This document shows, one piece after another, positions 9,833 to 20,914 of a stretch of 64,000 nucleotides of DNA. The translations under genes and the position numbers were made by a program. Source of the DNA: a virus. The notes beneath the pieces are model-generated. The model was not told the origin of the DNA and did no database searches. It saw nothing but the letters and a program-made list of their open reading frames with translations. Each line of letters starts with the position of its first letter. Position 1 is the stretch's first letter. The stretch covers positions 1 through 64,000 of the IMG/VR virus record IMGVR_UViG_3300032304_002326. One strand, given 5' to 3'.

Positions 9833-10894
9833 ATGACACAATACATTGGAGATAAAGATATTAAAGTAGATTTTAATGATATTCTAATAACACCAGCAAT
9901 TACAACTGATATAAGTAGTAGAAGTGAAGTTACCCCATTTAAAAATAACGGTTTGTTACCATTATTTACAGCACCTATGGATACTGTGGTAGATAGTACT
10001 AATGTTGATTTATTTATGGAACATAAATTAAACATTTGTTTACCTAGAGGTGAAAAAAGAACACAAGATGGTATGTTTGAAGCATATTCACTTGTGCAAT
10101 TTTTTGATGAATTTATATTAAATAGTGTTCTATATACTATTGACGAACCAATTCACGTTTTAATAGATACAGCAAATGGTCACATTTTAGAATTAGTTGA
10201 GGCAACTAGAATTGCAAAGGAAAGGTATGGTGATAATATGATATTAATGGTTGGTAATATTGCTAACCCACATACATATAAAGCTTTATCAAACGCTGGT
10301 GCTGACTACATTAGGTGTGGTATTGGCAATGGTGGGGGCTGTTTGACAACGCAACAATTAGGTATTGGTTATCCAATGGCTTCATTAATTAGAGAGTGTT
10401 ATTTTGCTTCATTAACATTAGAAAAACCAGCTAAAATTGTTGCTGATGGTGGTATGAAAGAATATTCGGATATTATTAAATCATTAGCTTTAGGGGCTGA
10501 TTATGTAATGTTGGGTAGTATATTAAATAAATGCGCTGAGTCATGCGGACAAAGTTTTTTAAAGGGTGAAGGTGGTCCAGTAGCAATTAGTACAGCAGAA
10601 GCTATAAATCACTTTAAAAGAGGTGATTTAGGTGAATCAACAATCATAAAAGAATTCCGTGGAATGTCAACTAAAGAAGTTCAAAAAAAATGGGGTAATG
10701 AAGTATTGAAAACATCTGAAGGTGTTGTTAGATATAGACCAGTTGAATATACTTTAGAACAATGGGTTGATAATTTTGAATCATACCTTCGTTCAGCTAT
10801 GAGTTATGTAAACGCTAGAACATTAGAAGAATTTATTAACAACTCAGAATTTATTAATATAACAAATAATGCATATAACCGATTTAAAAAATGA
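9833..10894 (+). CDS. IMP dehydrogenase/GMP reductase family protein lacking CBS domains
   Basis: APMDTV, IDTANGH, GNIA, GIGNGGGCLT (catalytic Cys), VADGG, ALGADYVMLGS, FRGMST, SEG, LRSAMSY. Confidence 0.9.
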   Translation: MTQYIGDKDIKVDFNDILITPAITTDISSRSEVTPFKNNGLLPLFTAPMDTVVDSTNVDLFMEHKLNICLPRGEKRTQDGMFEAYSLVQFFDEFILNSVLYTIDEPIHVLIDTANGHILELVEATRIAKERYGDNMILMVGNIANPHTYKALSNAGADYIRCGIGNGGGCLTTQQLGIGYPMASLIRECYFASLTLEKPAKIVADGGMKEYSDIIKSLALGADYVMLGSILNKCAESCGQSFLKGEGGPVAISTAEAINHFKRGDLGESTIIKEFRGMSTKEVQKKWGNEVLKTSEGVVRYRPVEYTLEQWVDNFESYLRSAMSYVNARTLEEFINNSEFINITNNAYNRFKK

Positions 10895-12540
10895 TAAGTA
10901 TTGTATATTGTACTAGAGAAGAGAATAAAAAACATTCAGAACATTTATTAAAGGTATGTGGTAATCCTAAAGTTGAGATTATTGAATACATTAATAAAGG
11001 TGAAAGTTTAACAAAGTTTTATAATAAAGCTTTAAATGAAACTAAACATGATATTGTGGTATTTGTTCACGATGATATAATTGTTGAAACCAAACAATTA
11101 ATTAATAAAATACAACGCATTTTCGATAAAAACCCAGAGTACGGTATAGTTGGTGTTGCTGGTACTAAATATCTATCAGAAACTGGTAGATGGTGGGATA
11201 ACCCAAAAGCGATGTATGGTAAAGTTGCACATACGCACGAAGGTAAAACTTGGTTATCCGAATACAGTGGTGACCAAGATAGACGTTTAGAAGAAACTGT
11301 TATAGTTGATGGGGTATTCTTTGCTGTCCACAAGGGTAGAATTAAAAAACAATTTGATGAATTAGTTGAAGGATTCCATTTTTATGATGTTGATTTTTGT
11401 TTTCAAAATCATTTAGAAGGTGTTAAAGTTGGTGTAACAACTGAAATACGAATTAACCACATGTCAATTGGTATGACCAATGACCAATGGGAAGTTAATA
11501 GACAAAAATTTGCTGAAAAGTATAAAGAAAATTTACCAACTAGAATTAATGAAACATTTGAACATAGAAAGTTAAAAGTTTTAATGGGTTGTTTGAGTTT
11601 TCAGGGATTAACTGGTTCAGAAATATCAACACTTGAAACAGCCAAAGGTTTATCACAAAATGGTTGTGATGTTAGTGTTATATCTTCAAATGTTAGTAAG
11701 AATTTTGAAAACATTTGTAAAAAATATGGTATTAAAACTTACACAATGGATGAACCACCACACTATAAATTAGGTGATGGTAATTGGTATATAAATACAC
11801 CAGAAGGACCACAACCAACTCAACCAAATGTTTTATATAGAGTTAATCAACAAACATTTGATGTAATTCACGCAAATCATAAACCAATCACCGATAGATT
11901 ATTACAATTGTACCCAGAATCTAATTTTGTTAACATTGTTAGGTCTGAAGTAATTGATTTAGAAAATCCAGTAGTTGATGATAAAATTAAAAAATATATT
12001 GCAATTAGACCATCAATAAAGGATTATATTGTGAATAATTTTAATATTCCAGAAAACAATGTTGAAGTTATTTACAACCCATTTGACAAATCAAGATTCA
12101 AACAAATATCACTACCAAGTGGTACTGATAAAAAAGTTACCTTATTTGTTGGTACTATGGATTATTTAAGAGAAAAACCAATTAAAGATTTAATTAATAA
12201 ATGTGGTTCCGAAAATAAGGAGTTGTGGTTAGTTGGTAAAGATACAAATAATTACGCATCTTATTTTGCGAATAATTATGAACATGTAAAATACTTTGAA
12301 CCTACTGATAAAATTGAGGAATTCTATTACAAATGCGATGAAACTGCTGGGATTATGTTAGGTAGAACAACAATAGAAGGGTTCTTATGTGGTAAACCAG
12401 CAATAATATATAATGTAGATAAGTCTGGTGAAATCATTAATAGTAAATATCATACAGTACCAGAAGACTTATCAATTTTTAATTTTGATACGGTTATTAA
12501 TAAAATTAAAGATATTTATATAGAAAGTTTTAATAAATAG
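10891..12540 (+). CDS. Fused GT2-like + GT4-like glycosyltransferase
   Basis: N-terminal VFVHDD, GIVGVAG, VDGVFFAV, FHFYDVDF; C-terminal GT-B half (TGSEI, FVGT, GRTTIEGFLCGKP). Confidence 0.8.
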   Translation: MISIVYCTREENKKHSEHLLKVCGNPKVEIIEYINKGESLTKFYNKALNETKHDIVVFVHDDIIVETKQLINKIQRIFDKNPEYGIVGVAGTKYLSETGRWWDNPKAMYGKVAHTHEGKTWLSEYSGDQDRRLEETVIVDGVFFAVHKGRIKKQFDELVEGFHFYDVDFCFQNHLEGVKVGVTTEIRINHMSIGMTNDQWEVNRQKFAEKYKENLPTRINETFEHRKLKVLMGCLSFQGLTGSEISTLETAKGLSQNGCDVSVISSNVSKNFENICKKYGIKTYTMDEPPHYKLGDGNWYINTPEGPQPTQPNVLYRVNQQTFDVIHANHKPITDRLLQLYPESNFVNIVRSEVIDLENPVVDDKIKKYIAIRPSIKDYIVNNFNIPENNVEVIYNPFDKSRFKQISLPSGTDKKVTLFVGTMDYLREKPIKDLINKCGSENKELWLVGKDTNNYASYFANNYEHVKYFEPTDKIEEFYYKCDETAGIMLGRTTIEGFLCGKPAIIYNVDKSGEIINSKYHTVPEDLSIFNFDTVINKIKDIYIESFNK

Positions 12541-12546
12541 TTTTAA

Positions 12547-13275
12547 ATGAATTATAATATTTTAAATAAAGAATATGTTGGTTGGGACAATCAATTTAAA
12601 TTTGTAATTGATAATTTAAAAAATAATACACCATTTTGTTATGTTAGATTTAATGATGGTGAAATGATGGGTATTGACCGAATAGGTTCAGTAGTTGCTA
12701 GAGGTGACCAAGTTGTTTATGAATCACTACACAATAAATTAAAAGAAGCTATATCATATAAAGCGAAAAATTACTTTATAGGTATTCCATGTAATAATTG
12801 TTACCCATATTATTATAAATTAGCTAATGATATGATTGGTGAATATGATAATATTGTATCAGCTGTAGCATTAACTAATCGTAATTGGTTGAAATTTATA
12901 CAAGAATCGGTTGGTATATTATCTAATAAAGACGTACATTACATAAGTGGTGATGACCAAACTATTGACATTTTAATTAATAATTTTAAATTTAATATTG
13001 TTAACCACATTAAAGTTAATAATAAAAATAGTTGGACCGATTATGACGAACTTAAAAAACATATTTTAAATATTAATGACGGTGATGTTGTTTTAATTAG
13101 TTTAGGACCCACAGCTAGAGTTTTATGTTATGATTTTTTTAAACAAAATAATAAAGCTACTTTTATAGATATTGGTAGTATTTTTGACCCATTTACTAGA
13201 AATGTAAATCATAACTGTCATAAAGGTTGGGAAAATGGGTTTAACATAACAAAAAAATGTGAAATTTGTAATTAA
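12547..13275 (+). CDS. GT-D fold (DUF1792-like) glycosyltransferase
   Basis: YVRFNDGE, LISLGPTARVL, FIDIGSIFD. Confidence 0.75.
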   Translation: MNYNILNKEYVGWDNQFKFVIDNLKNNTPFCYVRFNDGEMMGIDRIGSVVARGDQVVYESLHNKLKEAISYKAKNYFIGIPCNNCYPYYYKLANDMIGEYDNIVSAVALTNRNWLKFIQESVGILSNKDVHYISGDDQTIDILINNFKFNIVNHIKVNNKNSWTDYDELKKHILNINDGDVVLISLGPTARVLCYDFFKQNNKATFIDIGSIFDPFTRNVNHNCHKGWENGFNITKKCEICN

Positions 13276-14006
13276 TGGATTTTAAAGATTTAAAAATAAT
13301 AATACCAACATGTGATAGATATATTCACGCTGTTGAAGGTTTAATGTATACGTTAAACAAATATTTCAATATTGATAATAAGATATTGTTATTAGGATAT
13401 AAAGAACCAGATTTCAAACTATTGGATAATTGGGAATTTATTAGTTTAGGTTCTGATACTGGTGTTAATAATTGGTCAAATGATTTACTTAAGTTTTTCG
13501 AAAACTTTAAAGATGAGTATTTTATAAATATGATTGATGATACATTAATGACTAGAATGGCAGATATTAATAAAATTAATTTAGCTTTTGATTATATGTT
13601 AAAAAATCAAGAAGTTAAAAAAGTATTTTTACATGGTTCATTAACACATAAATCAACATCTAGTATGTTAGGTGGTACAGTTCTAACACCAATTTCAGAA
13701 TTAAATAATCAATTTTATGACGTTAATCAAGTTTCAAACTATAGAAGTAGTCTACAATCTGCAATATGGAATCGTAATTATTTTTTAACAATTTTAAAAC
13801 CAAATCATACACCGTGGGCATTCGAAACCCAACATGTGAAAAATGATGGTGCTAGAATATTGACTACAGTTGAAAATCACCCAATTATGTTTTCACATAT
13901 CTATATAAAGGGTGGTTTATTTAATAAATGGAATGAATCAATTTATGAAGATGGTGGGTTAACTGATGAAGATACTAAAACAATAAAAGAAATGTTAAAA
14001 CTATAA
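13275..14006 (+). CDS. Putative GT-A glycosyltransferase
   Basis: IIIPTCDRY, MIDD, SLQSAIWNR, TPWAFE. Confidence 0.6.
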   Translation: MDFKDLKIIIPTCDRYIHAVEGLMYTLNKYFNIDNKILLLGYKEPDFKLLDNWEFISLGSDTGVNNWSNDLLKFFENFKDEYFINMIDDTLMTRMADINKINLAFDYMLKNQEVKKVFLHGSLTHKSTSSMLGGTVLTPISELNNQFYDVNQVSNYRSSLQSAIWNRNYFLTILKPNHTPWAFETQHVKNDGARILTTVENHPIMFSHIYIKGGLFNKWNESIYEDGGLTDEDTKTIKEMLKL

Positions 14007-14008
14007 AT

Positions 14009-14428
14009 ATGGAATTTATATACTCTAAAATTGAAGAAGGTAAACTATTACATATAATTAATAGGTTAGATGAGATTTTTGGTAGACAAGAAGTTGTACC
14101 AGAAACTAATTATATTCAATGTGCAACATTGAAAATGGAAAAAGGTAAAACATTTAGACCGCATAAACATATTGAAAAACATAGAATATACGATAAACAA
14201 ATAGCCCAAGAAAGTTGGGTTGTTATTAAAGGCTCTGTTAGGTGTAAATTTTACGATGTAGACGACCAATTAATTGCCGAACCTATATTATATCCAGGTG
14301 ATGCTAGTTATACGTTATACGGTGGCCATACATATGAAATATTAGAAGATGATACAATAGTTTATGAATATAAAACTGGACCATATGAAGGTCAAGCATT
14401 AGACAAAACTTTTTTAGATGGTGAATAA
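14009..14428 (+). CDS. Cupin-fold sugar-modifying protein (WbuC-like)
   Basis: RPHKH...QESWVVIKG...GGHTY...EYKTGPY. Confidence 0.75.
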   Translation: MEFIYSKIEEGKLLHIINRLDEIFGRQEVVPETNYIQCATLKMEKGKTFRPHKHIEKHRIYDKQIAQESWVVIKGSVRCKFYDVDDQLIAEPILYPGDASYTLYGGHTYEILEDDTIVYEYKTGPYEGQALDKTFLDGE

Positions 14429-14954
14429 TTTAAAATATAAGTGTTTAGGTGATGATGTATTTATTCATGATTTAGCAATAATAAAACACCCAACATTATC
14501 TATAATTGGTTCACACAATGCTATAGATAATGGTGTAACAATATCCACAGAATTAATCATGGGTGATTATATACATATAGCACCATATGTTGTGGTTATT
14601 GGTGGTAAAAAATCAAAACTAATACTTAATGATTTTTCATTTGTTGCATCTGGAACTAAAATCGTTTGTGGTAGTGAAGATTATACTGGTGTTGGGTTAG
14701 TTGGACCGACAATCCCAGAAGAATACAGAGAATTAACATACAGTACCGTTATATTTGAAAAATATGCTGGATGTGGTGTTAATTGCAGTATAATGCCAGG
14801 TGTTACATTAGCCGAAGGTTCAATCTTAGGTGCAAATTCACTATTAACTAAAGATACTGAACCGTGGACAATATATGTTGGTTCACCAGCAAAACCAGTT
14901 AAAATTAGAGATAAGGAAAAAATAATAGAATATGCTAGTAAACTTAAAAATTAA
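14418..14954 (+). CDS. Hexapeptide-repeat sugar acetyltransferase
   Basis: Left-handed beta-helix repeats; IMPGVTLAEGSILGANSLLTKD...YVGSPAK. Confidence 0.85.
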   Translation: MVNNLKYKCLGDDVFIHDLAIIKHPTLSIIGSHNAIDNGVTISTELIMGDYIHIAPYVVVIGGKKSKLILNDFSFVASGTKIVCGSEDYTGVGLVGPTIPEEYRELTYSTVIFEKYAGCGVNCSIMPGVTLAEGSILGANSLLTKDTEPWTIYVGSPAKPVKIRDKEKIIEYASKLKN

Positions 14955-14960
14955 TAAATT

Positions 14961-15842
14961 ATGATTTATATTACAAATGGTGTAACGCATGATGGTTATG
15001 GTTCTAGAATGCAAAGAACTATATCAGTTATGGGTTTAGTTGAATATCTTAAAAATGATTTAAAATTAGAAGTTGAATATATACACACACCATTATCTTA
15101 TATTTGGGATGGTGAAGATTATAATAAAGGTTACTTGACTCGAAAAGGGATATCAGAATACCCATATAATGATATTACAATTGATGGGTATTTACATAGA
15201 TGTAAATTGTGGGATGATAAATTAAATTTTAAAGGTAAAATTATTAATGATTTTTATTTAAAAAATCATGAATTAAAATATGGGTATAATGAATTAATGT
15301 TAGATATTAAAAATAATAATGCTGACAATAAATTATATGTAATAAAAACATTACATAAGGAATATGATACTAGAAAAATAGATATTAATATTATTAAAAA
15401 ATATAGAGAAGAAATTGTATCTAAATTTTCATTTAATGATAATGTTAAAGATAATAAAAATGTAAAATCAGTAGCAATACATGTGAGAGCTAAAGACGCT
15501 TTAAACCCAAAAAATATTGGACATAGATATTTAGATTATTCTTATTATTCAGATATTATTAATAAATACAAAACCAATGATAAGTATGATTTAAAAATAT
15601 ACACACAAAAATTAGGTTTTGAATCTGATAAATACGCTGGGTGTAATATCATATATGATGATATTGAAAATGATTATGATACATTTTTTAATTTAATATT
15701 TTCCGATTATTTAATAGTTGGGAAATCATCATTTAGTTATACCGCAGCCTTATTAAATAATAATACTGTAATATATCATAACAATGGACACGTAAAAATG
15801 TCACACTGGATAACCAAAGAAGAATTATTAAATTATGAGTGA
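14961..15842 (+). CDS. GT11/fucosyltransferase-like protein
   Basis: DGYGSRMQ, VAIHVRAKD, SDYLIVGKSSFSYTAALL. Confidence 0.65.
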   Translation: MIYITNGVTHDGYGSRMQRTISVMGLVEYLKNDLKLEVEYIHTPLSYIWDGEDYNKGYLTRKGISEYPYNDITIDGYLHRCKLWDDKLNFKGKIINDFYLKNHELKYGYNELMLDIKNNNADNKLYVIKTLHKEYDTRKIDINIIKKYREEIVSKFSFNDNVKDNKNVKSVAIHVRAKDALNPKNIGHRYLDYSYYSDIINKYKTNDKYDLKIYTQKLGFESDKYAGCNIIYDDIENDYDTFFNLIFSDYLIVGKSSFSYTAALLNNNTVIYHNNGHVKMSHWITKEELLNYE

Positions 15843-16593
15843 TAAATATAAATACAACAGTTGGCCTTTAGGTAAAGTACCCAAAGAGTTACAAAGATTA
15901 GAATTAGATGAATTAAAAAATAGGGGTTATGAATTCTCAGACCCAAGAGATGTTGTTGATATCTTTGAAGAAAAAGTTGCAAAATTTTCTGGTAGTAAAT
16001 ATGCAGTTTCGGTAGATTGCTGCTCTCATGGTTTATTTTTATCTTTAAAATATTTAGAGTCAATTGGTGAAACACCTAGTAATACAGACTCAATAAAATT
16101 TAAATTTGGTGAAATAACAATACCAAGTAGGACTTATGTATCAGCACCAATGCAAATAAATCAAGCTGGGTATAATGTTAAATTTGAAAACATTGAATGG
16201 TCAGGATTATATCAACTAAAACCAACCAGAGTTTGGGATGGTGCAGTTAGATGGACAAAAGATATGTATGTTGGTGATAATGCATTACAAGTGGTATCAT
16301 TTCAAATAAAAAAAAGGGTACCAATTGGTAAAGGTGGTATAATTTTAACTGATGATAAAAAAGCATACGAATGGTTAAAATTAGCTAGATATGATGGTAG
16401 AGATATGTCAGTCCCATACACTGATGATAAACATATTTTAATGATGGGTTATCACATGTACATGACACCAGAAGATGCCGCTAGAGGTATTATATTAATG
16501 GATGAAGTTAATAAACACACTGAGGAACATGAAGATTCTGGAGGTTATTTAAATTATACAGACGCATCTAAATTAAAAGTTTTTAATAAGTAA
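15835..16593 (+). CDS. DegT/DnrJ/EryC1/StrS PLP-dependent sugar aminotransferase (short form)
   Basis: FEEKVAKFSGSKYAVSVDCCSHGL, SFQIKK (Schiff-base Lys), GKGGIILTDD. Confidence 0.85.
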   Translation: MSDKYKYNSWPLGKVPKELQRLELDELKNRGYEFSDPRDVVDIFEEKVAKFSGSKYAVSVDCCSHGLFLSLKYLESIGETPSNTDSIKFKFGEITIPSRTYVSAPMQINQAGYNVKFENIEWSGLYQLKPTRVWDGAVRWTKDMYVGDNALQVVSFQIKKRVPIGKGGIILTDDKKAYEWLKLARYDGRDMSVPYTDDKHILMMGYHMYMTPEDAARGIILMDEVNKHTEEHEDSGGYLNYTDASKLKVFNK

Positions 16594-16642
16594 TTAAACT
16601 TTACTTTTAATTAATAATTTTTTAAATTAAATAAAAAAAAAT

Positions 16643-17617
16643 ATGAGTAAAAAAGCATTTATAACAGGTATTGCTGGCCAAGATGGTAGTTATTTAGCAG
16701 AACATTTAGTATCCTTAGGATATGAAGTTCATGGTATAATTAGAAGAAATTCTTTTGTTGAAGGTCAACAAGCTAGATTAAACGAAATTAACACTAAAAT
16801 AAATTTACATTATGGTGATTTATTAGACCAATCATCATTAGAAAGATTATTGTATGACATACAACCAGATGAGATTTATAATTTAGGTGCACAAAGTCAC
16901 GTTAGGATTAGTTTTGATATTCCACAGTTTACTGTTCAAACAAATGCTTTGGGTGTATTAAATATACTTGAAGCATATAAACGAGCATGCCCTAAAGCTA
17001 GATTTTATCAAGCTAGTTCTAGTGAAATGTTTGGTAATAGTGTTGATACTGATGGATTTCAAAGAGAAACAACACCAATGCATCCAGTTAGCCCATATGG
17101 TTGCTCTAAATTATTTGGATATTCTATTGTTAGAAATTATAGAAACGCATATAAACTTCACGCAACAAATGGTATATTATTTAATCATGAATCGCCAAGA
17201 AGGGGTTCAAACTTTGTAACTAATAAAGTTGTTAAAACGGCTGTTGAAATTAAGTTAGGATTAAATGATAAATTGGTTTTGGGTAATATGGATAGTTATA
17301 GAGATTGGGGGCACTCAAAAGATTACGTTAAAGCTATGCATTTAATTATTAACCATGATACACCAAATGATTTTGTTGTATCAACTATGCAAACTCATTC
17401 AGTAAGGGAAATGGTACAATATGTATTCGATAAATTAGATTTAGATGTTAATCAATATGTAAGTCAAGATTCTAAATTTATAAGACCTGAAGAATTGAAA
17501 TATTTAAAAGGTGACTCAACTAAAATTAGAACAATGCTTGGTTGGGAACCAGAGTATACATTTGAAACATTAATGGATGATATGATTAATGGTTGGTTTA
17601 ATATTTTAGATAAATAA
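16643..17617 (+). CDS. gmd: GDP-mannose 4,6-dehydratase
   Basis: ITGIAGQDGSYLAE, YNLGAQSHV, YQASSSE, SPYGCSK, LFNHESPRRG, RDWGH. Confidence 0.95.
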   Translation: MSKKAFITGIAGQDGSYLAEHLVSLGYEVHGIIRRNSFVEGQQARLNEINTKINLHYGDLLDQSSLERLLYDIQPDEIYNLGAQSHVRISFDIPQFTVQTNALGVLNILEAYKRACPKARFYQASSSEMFGNSVDTDGFQRETTPMHPVSPYGCSKLFGYSIVRNYRNAYKLHATNGILFNHESPRRGSNFVTNKVVKTAVEIKLGLNDKLVLGNMDSYRDWGHSKDYVKAMHLIINHDTPNDFVVSTMQTHSVREMVQYVFDKLDLDVNQYVSQDSKFIRPEELKYLKGDSTKIRTMLGWEPEYTFETLMDDMINGWFNILDK

Positions 17618-17661
17618 GTTATGGTTGAGTTTAAACACATTTGACATCCAAAAAAATAAAT

Positions 17662-18459
17662 ATGGAAAAAATATTATTAGCTGGACCTTGGGTTGGTGAA
17701 TTTGGGTGGGAATTATTTTGTTGGCAAGGATACCTTAGAAAATTATCAAAAAATTATGATAAAACAATTGTTATTGGTAGACCTAATCAAAAACTACTTT
17801 ATGAAGATTTTTGTCATGAATATATAGATTTTGATTCAAAAGGTTATAAAACTGATTCATGGATGTGCCATGATTGTGTAATTAACCAAGATTTAATTGG
17901 TAAAATACAACACACTGATTACTTAGATGGTAATTTTGATATAGGGTTTAGGTATGGTCAAAATGGTGCATTTGATATAAAGGGTTTATTTAATAAACAA
18001 GAATTTAAAAAATATGAATCAAACACACTAGATAAATCATATGATATAATATTTCACTGTAGAAATAAGTCAACAGGTTCAGATAGAAATTGGGACAAAA
18101 AACAATGGGTTGAGTTATTTGAGTTATTAAGTGGTAATTTTAAAATAGCATGTATTGGTAACAATGAAGCTTTTCATATTGAGGGTGCTGATGATTTAAG
18201 AAACATATCATTATCTGATTTGGTTTCAGTTATGAATAAATCTAAATTAATTATTGGTCCAAGTAGTGGTCCAATGCACTTAGCTAGTTTATCTGGATTA
18301 AAACATTTGGTTTGGAGTAGTGAACATAATAAATCTAGATATTTAAATATATGGAACCCATTTAAGACTGAAGTTATTTTTTATTCAAAAGAAGGGTGGA
18401 ATCCAAATCCTAATAATATTTATAATATAATATCAAAAGAATTACAATATGTTAAATAA
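17662..18459 (+). CDS. GT9 (heptosyltransferase-like) glycosyltransferase
   Basis: GEFGWEL, RNW, DLR, IIGPSSGPMHLA; ATG 17662 preferred over TTG 17641. Confidence 0.7.
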   Translation: MEKILLAGPWVGEFGWELFCWQGYLRKLSKNYDKTIVIGRPNQKLLYEDFCHEYIDFDSKGYKTDSWMCHDCVINQDLIGKIQHTDYLDGNFDIGFRYGQNGAFDIKGLFNKQEFKKYESNTLDKSYDIIFHCRNKSTGSDRNWDKKQWVELFELLSGNFKIACIGNNEAFHIEGADDLRNISLSDLVSVMNKSKLIIGPSSGPMHLASLSGLKHLVWSSEHNKSRYLNIWNPFKTEVIFYSKEGWNPNPNNIYNIISKELQYVK

Positions 18460-19033
18460 AAATATAAAATCATATGTTATTAACCTAGACAAAAGGACCG
18501 ATAGAATATCTGAATTGAAATTACCATTAGAATGGGAAAGATTTTCAGCAACTGATGGTCAAAAATATGTTGATAATATACCAAAAGAGAGAGGTTGGCG
18601 GGGTTGTTATGATTCACATGTTAGATTGATTGAAAAAACAATAAATGATGATGCTGATTTATTTATTATTTTTGAAGATGACGTTGAAGTTACTGATAAT
18701 TTTATGAATAAATTAGAAACCATTATAAATAACGTACCAGAAAATTGGGAATTACTATTTTTAGGTGGATGGAATGTTGGTGAAAAAATAAAAATTAATG
18801 ATTATGTTGATTTAGCAGAAAAGGTATATTGTATGCATGCATATATGTTTAAACCTGAAACTGCTAAAAAATTATTAAACAAATTTAAAAATAGAGTATA
18901 TAAAATTGATGTACTGTTATGTGAATTATTACCAGAGATAAATGCCTACATATGTAATCCAACACTTGCTTGGCAAAGACCTGGCTTTTCTAATATAGAA
19001 TATAAAGAAACGGATAATATACACTTAAAATAA
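18449..19033 (+). CDS. GT25 glycosyltransferase
   Basis: YVINLDKRTDR, GCYDSH, IFEDD, HAY. Confidence 0.85.
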   Translation: MLNKNIKSYVINLDKRTDRISELKLPLEWERFSATDGQKYVDNIPKERGWRGCYDSHVRLIEKTINDDADLFIIFEDDVEVTDNFMNKLETIINNVPENWELLFLGGWNVGEKIKINDYVDLAEKVYCMHAYMFKPETAKKLLNKFKNRVYKIDVLLCELLPEINAYICNPTLAWQRPGFSNIEYKETDNIHLK

Positions 19034-19074
19034 TGTGTAAAAATATTTGTGGTTAATAATTATAATTTTAAAAT

Positions 19075-20784
19075 ATGGAATTAATAATATGTGGTGTTGC
19101 CACAATAAAAGGTAGGGAAGAAGCATTTAAAGATACAGTGCTATCAATAATTAATCAAGTTGATAAATTAATTGTATATCAAAATGGTTACAAAGAAATT
19201 TTTGATTTTTTAAATAATGAAAAAATAGAAGTTTATAGTTCAGTAGACACTGGTGTTGATATGGGTGATGCTGGTAAATTTTACAAATTATCTGATTACG
19301 CCAATAATTATTATTTATCGATTGATGATGATTTGATTTACCCAACTGATTATGTTTCAAATATTATTGATAATCTTAAAAATTATAATAATTCTGTCAT
19401 TATTACACATCATGGTAGAATATTAAATACAAATGCGGTATCATATTATAAAGATTCAAAACTAAAGTTTAGATGCTTAGATAATGTTGATGGTTATCAA
19501 GCCATTCATTTTCCTGGTACAGGTGTAATGGGTTTTCACACTAGTAAAGTAAGAATAACATTTGATTATTTTAAAATAGCAAATATGTGTGACATATGGG
19601 TTGGATTATACGCTAGAGAAAACAATATACCAATCATAGTTGCACCACATAAAACTGGATGGATAAAACATAGTGATAAATTTAATTTAAATAACACTAT
19701 TTATAGTACTAGTATAAATAATGATGGTATTCAAAATAAATTAATTATTGATTTTAACAAATCACTAATTATAGAACCAACAGTTAATTCATCAATTATA
19801 GAACCAACAGTTAATATTAATAATAATGAAATATGTTTATTAATTCCATCATATAATAGATACGATAAATTAGTAGAAACTTTAACAAACATAAATGAAT
19901 ATGATGAGTTAAATGTAATAGTATATAATGATGGCTCTAATGATGATAGATATTATAATATTGAGAGTAATTTTAAAAATGTTAAAGTATATCATAATAG
20001 TAAAAATAATGGTAAAATTGGTTATAATGATACTGTTAAATTTTTATTAAATAAAGCTATAGAATCTAAATTTAATTGGTTTATATATTACGCTGATGAT
20101 ATGTTATTATGTAAAAATTTTACAACCCATGTAAAAAAATTATTTAATGATAAACAAATTGTAAATATATTTTCATTATCATCAGGTGGGTGGGGTGTTA
20201 ATGGATATATCGATGGATTTTTCACCACATCAAAAAATGGTATTAAAACTATGTATAATTTAATACCAAATAAATTAAAAGATGTTGAAAATAAATCAAC
20301 AGGTGTTTGGTCTAGCGTTACTAAAAAATTTAGTGCAATACATGATGAATTAGGAGGTATTAAACTATGTTGTTTAAACTATACATTATGTCAACATTAT
20401 GGAAATGATGATTCTAAATTACACCCCAAACATAGGTTAATACAACCAATAATTGCTCACAATTTTTACGATGATTTTTATGGTCAAGAAATAAAAATTA
20501 TCAGTACATCTGGTACAGTAGACCAATCAAGTGGTAACATTAAAAAAAAAAGCTCAGAAGGCACATCAAGTGGTAATAAAGTTGTTAAGGAAGAACCAAA
20601 GATTCAAGAAACACCAAAACCAACCAAACCAGTTATTAATACACCAATAGCTACTGAAAAACCAAAAATAAAGAAACAAGAAATACCTGAAAAAATGCAA
20701 AAACCAAAAACAATAAATAAAACACATGGTGACTTGTTTATGGGTAAAGCTATGAAGAAAAAATTAAGATTTGGTAAAAAGTAA
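19075..20784 (+). CDS. Tandem two-domain GT2-like glycosyltransferase with Lys/Pro-rich tail
   Basis: Domain 1 GDAGKF, IDDDLIYP, GTGV; IIEPTVN x2 linker; domain 2 LIPSYNR, YNDGS, YADD. Confidence 0.75.
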   Translation: MELIICGVATIKGREEAFKDTVLSIINQVDKLIVYQNGYKEIFDFLNNEKIEVYSSVDTGVDMGDAGKFYKLSDYANNYYLSIDDDLIYPTDYVSNIIDNLKNYNNSVIITHHGRILNTNAVSYYKDSKLKFRCLDNVDGYQAIHFPGTGVMGFHTSKVRITFDYFKIANMCDIWVGLYARENNIPIIVAPHKTGWIKHSDKFNLNNTIYSTSINNDGIQNKLIIDFNKSLIIEPTVNSSIIEPTVNINNNEICLLIPSYNRYDKLVETLTNINEYDELNVIVYNDGSNDDRYYNIESNFKNVKVYHNSKNNGKIGYNDTVKFLLNKAIESKFNWFIYYADDMLLCKNFTTHVKKLFNDKQIVNIFSLSSGGWGVNGYIDGFFTTSKNGIKTMYNLIPNKLKDVENKSTGVWSSVTKKFSAIHDELGGIKLCCLNYTLCQHYGNDDSKLHPKHRLIQPIIAHNFYDDFYGQEIKIISTSGTVDQSSGNIKKKSSEGTSSGNKVVKEEPKIQETPKPTKPVINTPIATEKPKIKKQEIPEKMQKPKTINKTHGDLFMGKAMKKKLRFGKK

Positions 20785-20830
20785 ATTTACAAAATATAAA
20801 AGTTAAGTATATTATATTAAAAAATAATAA

Positions 20831-20881
20831 ATGGGTAACTGGATTAAAAAACAAATGGTGAAATTACTTAAAAAGTTATAA
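20831..20881 (+). pseudogene. Stranded original 5' end of the 21669..22679 gene
   Basis: MGNWIKKQMVKLLKKL*; tggattaaaaaacaaatg at 20840-20857 recurs exactly at 21675-21692. Confidence 0.75.
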
Positions 20882-20914
20882 CATTATTATATATTTATAA
20901 TAAAAAATAATAGT

